Assembly: GCA_951406725.2 (NCBI GenBank)
Contig: OX597821.1
Location: 80,228,001 to 80,292,000 of the forward strand
Origin: Octopus vulgaris
Lineage: Eukaryota
Direction of reading: 5' to 3'
DNA length: 64,000 nt
The stretch's first letter is position 1. Every line of letters begins with the position of its first letter. Made by a program: the position numbers and the translations under genes. Positions 57,179-64,000 of the stretch are shown here, piece after piece. The notes below the pieces were generated by a model. The model searched no databases and was not told the origin of the DNA. It saw only the letters and a program-made list of their open reading frames with translations.

Positions 57179-58190
57179 GGACACATTCCTTAGCATTTTG
57201 CTCCGTAGCTCGTGACCATGGTATATCGAAATGAAAGGTTTTGCACCTCTCACAAGAATCTCCAGCCGTGTTGTGTTGACAATTGCATACGGTTTGACCA
57301 TCGCTGTTTTTACTGCATGAACTGGCGTGACCATTGCATTTGCAACGGCCACCGACAGCCAGGTTAGACAGGGAGTAGTAATAACTCTCTCTGGCTCCGA
57401 CTTCGCCTGAATTTTCATCTCCAAAGGTACTCAACTTGTCAAAGACGAACATTATGTCTGTAGCGGTGACCCAGTCCCATAAGACGGGGCTGTTATCGAA
57501 ATCCGCGGGTCGGTTCTCCAGGGTATTGAACGCTACTCTTGTACCCCCCGATGTATTTATATTGCTGTGCACGTTACTGCACAGTGCTTCCTGTTGGTTA
57601 GCCTTCGTGATCACCACTCCAGGTTTTTTCCCGTACATTTTGATGCAGTTGCGCGAATAATATTGAAAAGGTATCCATGAGCGGCCGAAATCCATGCTTT
57701 TGTAAATGGCCATCGAATCAGGTTTGGCCGAACAGAATTGGAGTAGAATATATGTAAGTTCATATTTTTTACCCAGTGACAACTTAAGGGTAACGTTTTT
57801 CGGATACTGCACGAAAGGCTCAGACATCCAACAGGTGAGATTGTTTGAGTTATTATTGTCCGTAAGATAAGAGGCCGGGTGTCGGCGCTTCGGGTGTTCT
57901 GCATCACAAGTGAAACAATTTCGGACCACTTTACCGTCGCTGTCCACTGAGGACTTGCAATAGCGACTTGGTGGGGTGCCACACGTTGACGAAGCCACCA
58001 CTTCTTTCCCGTAGGCTACATTTACAAATTCGGCTACGCACATTTTCGGTTTGTTCAAAGAATCATAGCAAGAATTCGGTGCTGTCGCTTGATCATCCAT
58101 AATCCTGTCGGCCAATGTTATCGGTAAAGCGTAACAGACCCAGAGAAGTAGCCCTACATAGAGTGACCGTAGAACACAGCGTGAAGCCAT
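57179..58190 (-). CDS. netrin: Netrin (UNC-6/Netrin-1 family), first coding exon: signal peptide, laminin N-terminal domain VI and first laminin-EGF repeat
   Basis: Part of ORF 57171..58313(-). Hydrophobic leader MASRCVLRSLYVGLLLWVCYALPITLA, then netrin motifs ASSTCGTPPSRYC, HPASYLTD, NLTCW, LSLGKKYELTYI, IYKSMDFGRSWIPFQYYS, DFDNSPVLWDWVTATDI, AVGGRCKCNGHAS, CNCQHNTAGDSCERCK and PWSRATEQNAKECV. Ends at a canonical donor GAA TGT GTC C|GTAAGT (1012 nt, phase 1), exactly at the LE1/LE2 boundary. Confidence 0.95.
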
Positions 58191-59319
58191 TGTTTTTCGG
58201 TGTGAGGTAACACAAACATCAGACCGACCACATCGCAGTCCTGGTAGCAACGATGGTAGCATGGCGGCGGCGGCGGCGGCGGCGGTGGTGGTGGTGGTGG
58301 TGGTGGTGTACATGATGGCAAGCTGGACCAGCTAAATCCACCACCAGCAGAGATGTGAGGCTATTTGTCTCAGCATCCAGACAAAACCATGGAAACTCTG
58401 GGTAAAGTTAGAATGCGTGATGGTAATAATGATTAAATGGGTGCGAGATGCCGATAATGATGATGATGATGATGATGCAGATGGATGCTGGTGAGGAGCG
58501 GATCTTTGTTGTGACGGCTTAAGATGATGATGTCTTTCTGAGTTGGTTAGTTTCGTGAACACAGTTTTATGTTGAATAACATAAACATACAATACACACA
58601 CGCTTAATGCACATACACATATACACACCCTACACTTCCTACTCACACCTACTTATATATATATATACATATATATATATACGCACGTGCGCGTATGTGT
58701 GGGGGTGGGGGTGGTTGTTTTTGTGCTCCTAAAGTTATATATATATATAATATATAATATATATATATATGTGTGTGTGTGTGCGTGTATATATATATAT
58801 AATCCAAGTAAATTCCAGTAGTTTTGTGAATTTCTCTTCAGATAATGTATTTGAAAAGTTGTTATTTTTTTTTTTCTTATGGACAAAAATATTTGTGTAT
58901 TGTTATATCGAAGTGTATGGGTTCACATATATTTTAATATGCATACAGAAATATATGTGTGTATGTTTGTATGTATGTATATGTGTGTGCGTGTAGATAG
59001 AAATATAATTATATTAAATATAGATATATACAGTATATATATATAAATATAAATATAAATATATATATATGTATATACGTATGTATATATATCTTTTGTA
59101 TATGTGTGTATATATATTTAATATATATATTTATGCGTGTGTGTGTGTGTGTATGTGTGTGTGTGTGTGTGTAAATGTTAGTGTATGTATATGTATAGGT
59201 AAAAAAACTATATAAAGGTGAAGTTGTGATGTTTCACAGCAAGTCTAACTCCATAGGTGGTTCGCTCTGAATGTCTTTATAGCTCCAAGGCGGCAACGAT
59301 TTACTTTCACTAAGGAGAG

Positions 59320-60030
59320 AGACGGTAGGAGGGGGAGAAGGAGGAGGAGGAGGAGGAAGAGAGCGGCAGAAGGGGTTGGGTATATGTGCGAGTGAACGGG
59401 AGTGAGAAGCCACTGGATAGTGTGAGTGTAGGTGAGAGTGAGAGTGAAGAGGGACTCGGACGTGAGGAGGGGGACGGATGAATGAAAGAAGCCGGTGGAA
59501 GGGATTGAGGGGGGTGGGGGCGTGCGGCGAGCGTAGAGGAGGGTGAAGTTTTAAGGTTGGGTGAGGGAGAAATGGGAAGATATTGTATGAGAGAGAGGGG
59601 GAGATTAAAAGAGAGAACGTGTGTGACAGAGAAATTGTGAGACGACGTAGGAGGAGGAGTGTGAGAGATAGGGAAAGAGGGACAGAGCTCGTGCGAAAGA
59701 GAAAGAGAAGGTGGGAGGTCGTGAGAGATAACGGGGGAAGGGGAGCGCGAGAGACAACGAGAGAGAGAGAGGAGAGAGAGTTGGGCAGAGACAGAGAGAA
59801 AGAGTTGGAGATAGAAATAGTAAGAGGGGTGGAGGATGTAGAATTGCGACAGAGTAAAAGTTAAAAGAAAGAGGAAAAAGAAAAGAAGCTAAATGAAAGA
59901 CTAAGAGAAGGGGAGTGAGAAGAAAGGGGAGGTAGGAGGAGTGGGAAATAACGACGGCGAAGCAGATAAGGAAGAGGAAGACGATAGAAAGTGTCTAAGG
60001 AGTCAGCTGTTCGAAATCCCCCTCCCTCCC
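59320..60030 (-). promoter_or_regulatory. Purine/pyrimidine-skewed (GA/CT-rich) tract upstream of netrin, candidate promoter or 5' region
   Basis: Long GAG/GGA/AG-rich tract, comparatively GC-rich and free of SINEs, about 1.1-1.8 kb upstream of the netrin ATG. TSS not determinable. Confidence 0.3.
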
Positions 60031-60063
60031 CCCTCACTTGGTGTTTTCACCTGTGATACAAAT

Positions 60064-60095
<32 letters not shown>

Positions 60096-60946
60096 ACATA
60101 CATACACACATACGTACATATACTCTCTCTTAGGTTCGAAAATACATTCAGACCGCATCGGCATACGACACACACGCAGTCACCCTGGGACTTATCTATT
60201 ATGGAGGTGAGGAGTCGATGAGAGTGTGTGTGTGTATGTGGGAATTAACACAAGTGTGGTAAAGTTTGTGCAACTCCCTGTGTGTAAGTAAGAGACTCCA
60301 TGTGTGTGTGTGTGTGTGTGTAAGTGTGAGTAAGTGTGTGTAGACGTGAAAGAGAAAGAGAGAGATATGTATGTCGTTTCGAGTTACGTCTCTTTCGGCT
60401 TTACGTCGTTCTTTTGTTTTCAGTTTCTTTTTTAATTTCGCTTTACGTCGGTCTCAGCGAACATATTTAAAAGTATAAAAATCAAAACACACACAACAAC
60501 AGCAACAACAACAATTGGGCAGTGGAAAATGAAATAGAATAGAATCGACGTCAAAATATGTACAAAACATTTATTAAAACAGAGACTAACGAATTTTTTT
60601 TTTAAATTGTTATTTTTGTGTTACTGAGTTTTCCTAGTTAATTCGCATTCCTTGGAACCGATCTAAGTTGAGCTCTGCATGCATGCGTGCGTGCATGTAT
60701 GTATGTATATGTATGTGTGTATGTATGTATGTGTGTATGTATGTATGTATGTATGTATGTATGTATGTATGTATGTATGTATGTATGTATGTGTGTATGT
60801 ATGTATGTATGTATGTATGTTCGTATGTATGTATGTATGTATGTATGTATGCATGTATGTATGCATGTATGTATGTATGTATGTGTGTATGTATGTATGT
60901 ATGTATGTATGTATGTATGTATGTATGTGCGTGTATGAACATATAG

Positions 60947-60982
<36 letters not shown>

Positions 60983-63034
60983 TCACACACATTCGTTCGT
61001 ATGTGGGGGGGGATGCGCGTTTACAACTATATACACATATGTACACACAAACAACTCCTGTGTTGGTCGATGCACATATGTTTATACGTGTGTGCGATCA
61101 TATATGTGCACACACACACACACACAACTATAGCAATGTGCACATGCGTGCAACTGTATAAATTTGTGTTCAAGTGTGAGTGTGTGTGTGTGTGTGCAGG
61201 TATTATTTAGTTATTCAAATGAACATATATATATATATATATATATATATGCTATAAAATAAATAACATAAGTACATGTATCACTATATATATATATACA
61301 TACATATATATATATATATATATATTGCGTGTGTGTGTGTTTGTGTGTGTGTATTTGATGTTGTTCTTCTTCGGCTCCCTCATCGTTTGTCCCGGGTGCT
61401 GTGTTTGTCACATTTGTTTGCGAATGTTCCCGAGTGACTGACTGCCTGTCGTAACATCAACTCCTCCGACACACACGCACAAACACGAACGCACACACGC
61501 ACACACAAGCACACACACGCTCACACACACCAGCACCACCACACGACTTTTACCACCGCCTCGTCCCCCCCCTCCCACTGCAATTATCACCATAAACTCT
61601 TCTACCACCCACTCTCACTCTCACTCACACTCCAGTCTGCTTCTTTCCGTCAGTTAAGGCTACCGCCACCACCACCACCACCTTCACAATCTCCCTATTT
61701 GATGCCACTTCCGTCTCTGCCATCACCACCACCACTACCACCACCACCTCCGTTTTCATCATCATCATCATCATCATCACCACTATAAGCCCCGTCAGCA
61801 TATCCACGATCACTTCTGTCACCCACTTACGTTACCACTATATTTTCTACTACAACTGTCACCGCCACCATAACCACGAAAAACCCGCCACCACCACCAT
61901 CACTACAACAAACTCCAACGCATACACCATCACCACCACCACCACCACTACTACCACTACGTCCGTCAGCACTGTCACCACCACTTCCGTCGGATATCTT
62001 CACCACCACCACCACCACCACTACCAGCAGCACCATTAACACGACTAACATCAACATCAACAATATGTCATCACGATCATCAAAGTATCGACTGCAAGAA
62101 ATAGCAGCCAAATCTCTCACAGCTTCAACTCTAACGTCTTAACTAATATAGTATAAAAAGAAATAAAATAAAACAAAAAATAAACCAGCTGAGATCATCC
62201 TGACGGAAACACTTTTGATCATAGATGCGCTTGTTTAACCCCCGGCCAATCCTAGCAGAGTTCAGGGAAATCTGGCTGTTATATTTAGCAATTTTAGCGT
62301 CCACTTAGTGGCTTCTTCGCTTGCCCGTAACGAAGTTATCGTTGCTATTAGAGTTGAAGGTGGTGGTGGTGGTGGTGGTAGTGGTGGTAGTGGTGGTGGT
62401 GGTGGTGGTGGTGGCCGTGTATTGGCTAAGTTGAAGAGGTGGGTGGAGGGAGTTGGTATTAATATTATTGCTGCTGCTGCTGCTGTTGTTTTTGTTGTTG
62501 CTGAAATAAGAGAGGACGGCCGAAGAGTTGGGAGATACAGAGATAGAAAACCGAGTTATTGAATGAGAGGAAGAGAGAGAGTAGAGAAAACAATGAGGTT
62601 GTCTATGAGTTCGCGCGCGTTTGTGTGTGCGAGTGTGCGTGTGTGTTTGAATTCTATAGTATATATATGTATGCGGTGGTGATGGTGGTAGAGGAATTCA
62701 TACGACCGAGAGTATTGATGTCTTTAGTGAGTCTCTCGCCTGGTGTCGACGTTCATAGATTTCATGTACAGATGTGTTTCTGCGTGTAAAGTGGGCGCAC
62801 GCAGATGCGATAATGCGATTAAGACGTTGCATTTCCGACCATGTGGTTCAGCGTTCGATCCCATAACGCGCAATATTAGGAAATTTGACTATTACCACAT
62901 TAGCCTGTGGATGAATAACAAATGCCTTGTGAAAAGAATCTTTTCTGATAGGACTAATAGCTTATGAACGTAGTACACACGCATTTATACACGTGTGTGT
63001 GTGTGTGTGTATTCACTCATATATATGTATACAC

Positions 63035-63070
<36 letters not shown>

Positions 63071-63545
63071 TTAACGTCCGTTGTCCATGCTGGCATGAGT
63101 CGGACGATTTGACCGCGGTGGCACGCTGCACCGGGCTCCTGTTTGATATGGCATGGTTTTCTACGGTTGCATACCCTTCCTAACGCTAACCAGCCCGAGA
63201 GTGTAATACGCCGACACGGGTGCCATTTGCGTGACACCATGGTACTTTTACGTGCCACCAGCATGGCCGACATTTGCGTCACACCGGTATCTGACACAAC
63301 TGCGATTTTGCTCGGCTTGAAGGGTTTTCTTATCAAGCACGACATAATGTCAAAGGTCTTGGTCATTACCTCCGTGAGGCCCAACACTCGAAAGGAACTC
63401 AGCTACTTTGTCTCCACGAAGTCCAACGCTCGAAAGGTGTCCTTTACGTGCCACCAACACGGGTTCCAGTTACACCACGACCATGATTTCACTTGGCTTG
63501 ACGGGTTCTCTCATGCGCAGTACATCGCTAAAGATCTCGGTCACT
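63035..63545 (-). mobile_element. RTE-related 3' end or derived short retroposon with (GAT)n tail
   Basis: Minus strand ends CCATGCCAGCATGGACAACGGACGTTAAA(TGA)n. Internal LGLTEVMTK-like RTE terminal peptide appears in two imperfect repeats. Confidence 0.55.
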
Positions 63546-63666
63546 ATTTTTTAGGCCTAGTACTTATTATATCGGTCCCTTTTTCCAAAACGAACCGCTA
63601 AGTTACGAGGATGTAAACACACTAACACCGGTTGTCAAGCAGTGATAGGACAAACACAGATACAAA

Positions 63667-63699
<33 letters not shown>

Positions 63700-64000
63700 C
63701 TAGGTTCTTTCTGTTTCCGTCTATCAAATCCACTCACAAGGCTTTGATCAGCGGGTACAAGGCTTTAGATGTGCTGGTACTAGTTCTTTACAGCCGTTTC
63801 TGCGAAGAGGCAAGAAAATCTTTCAGGTTATCTCCATCACTTCAATGTTATGCAGGGATGAACAGACAACGCTTGAGTAATGGATGTGCCCCTAGGTTTC
63901 TTCAGAGAGTCTAAGTAGTTTTGTGTGTGGGGGGTAACACATTTTTTTCTTTTATCTCTTGTTTCAGTTATTAGTCTACGGCCATGCAGGGGCATCACCT

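Overview
AT-rich, microsatellite-saturated animal genomic DNA. The repeat families and (TA)n/(CA)n/(TATG)n density suggest an octopus (inference). Nearly all ORFs in the supplied track are microsatellite artefacts. The only host gene I can support is the first coding exon of a netrin (UNC-6/Netrin-1 family) on the minus strand (ATG 58190 to GTAAGT donor after 57179: signal peptide, laminin N-terminal domain, first LE/EGF repeat). I found no downstream netrin exon, so 1-57178 is probably one intron of more than 57 kb. It is filled with three tRNA-derived SINE families, an internally deleted mariner with near-perfect TIRs, mariner/pogo/hAT MITE relics, RTE and APE-type LINE relics, and a decayed Penelope-like (PLE) GIY-YIG fragment. 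The most interesting layer is a set of short non-coding cassettes nested in or beside (TA)n tracts. Some carry minimal hammerhead ribozyme motifs, including one with a very long stem II and one with a U3-A8 core covariation. Others carry long fold-back palindromes (62 bp perfect, 56-bp arms, about 160-bp arms). This suggests a (TA)n-associated, ribozyme-bearing PLE/retrozyme-like system inside a netrin intron. Family names and coordinates were read by eye; no database search was run.
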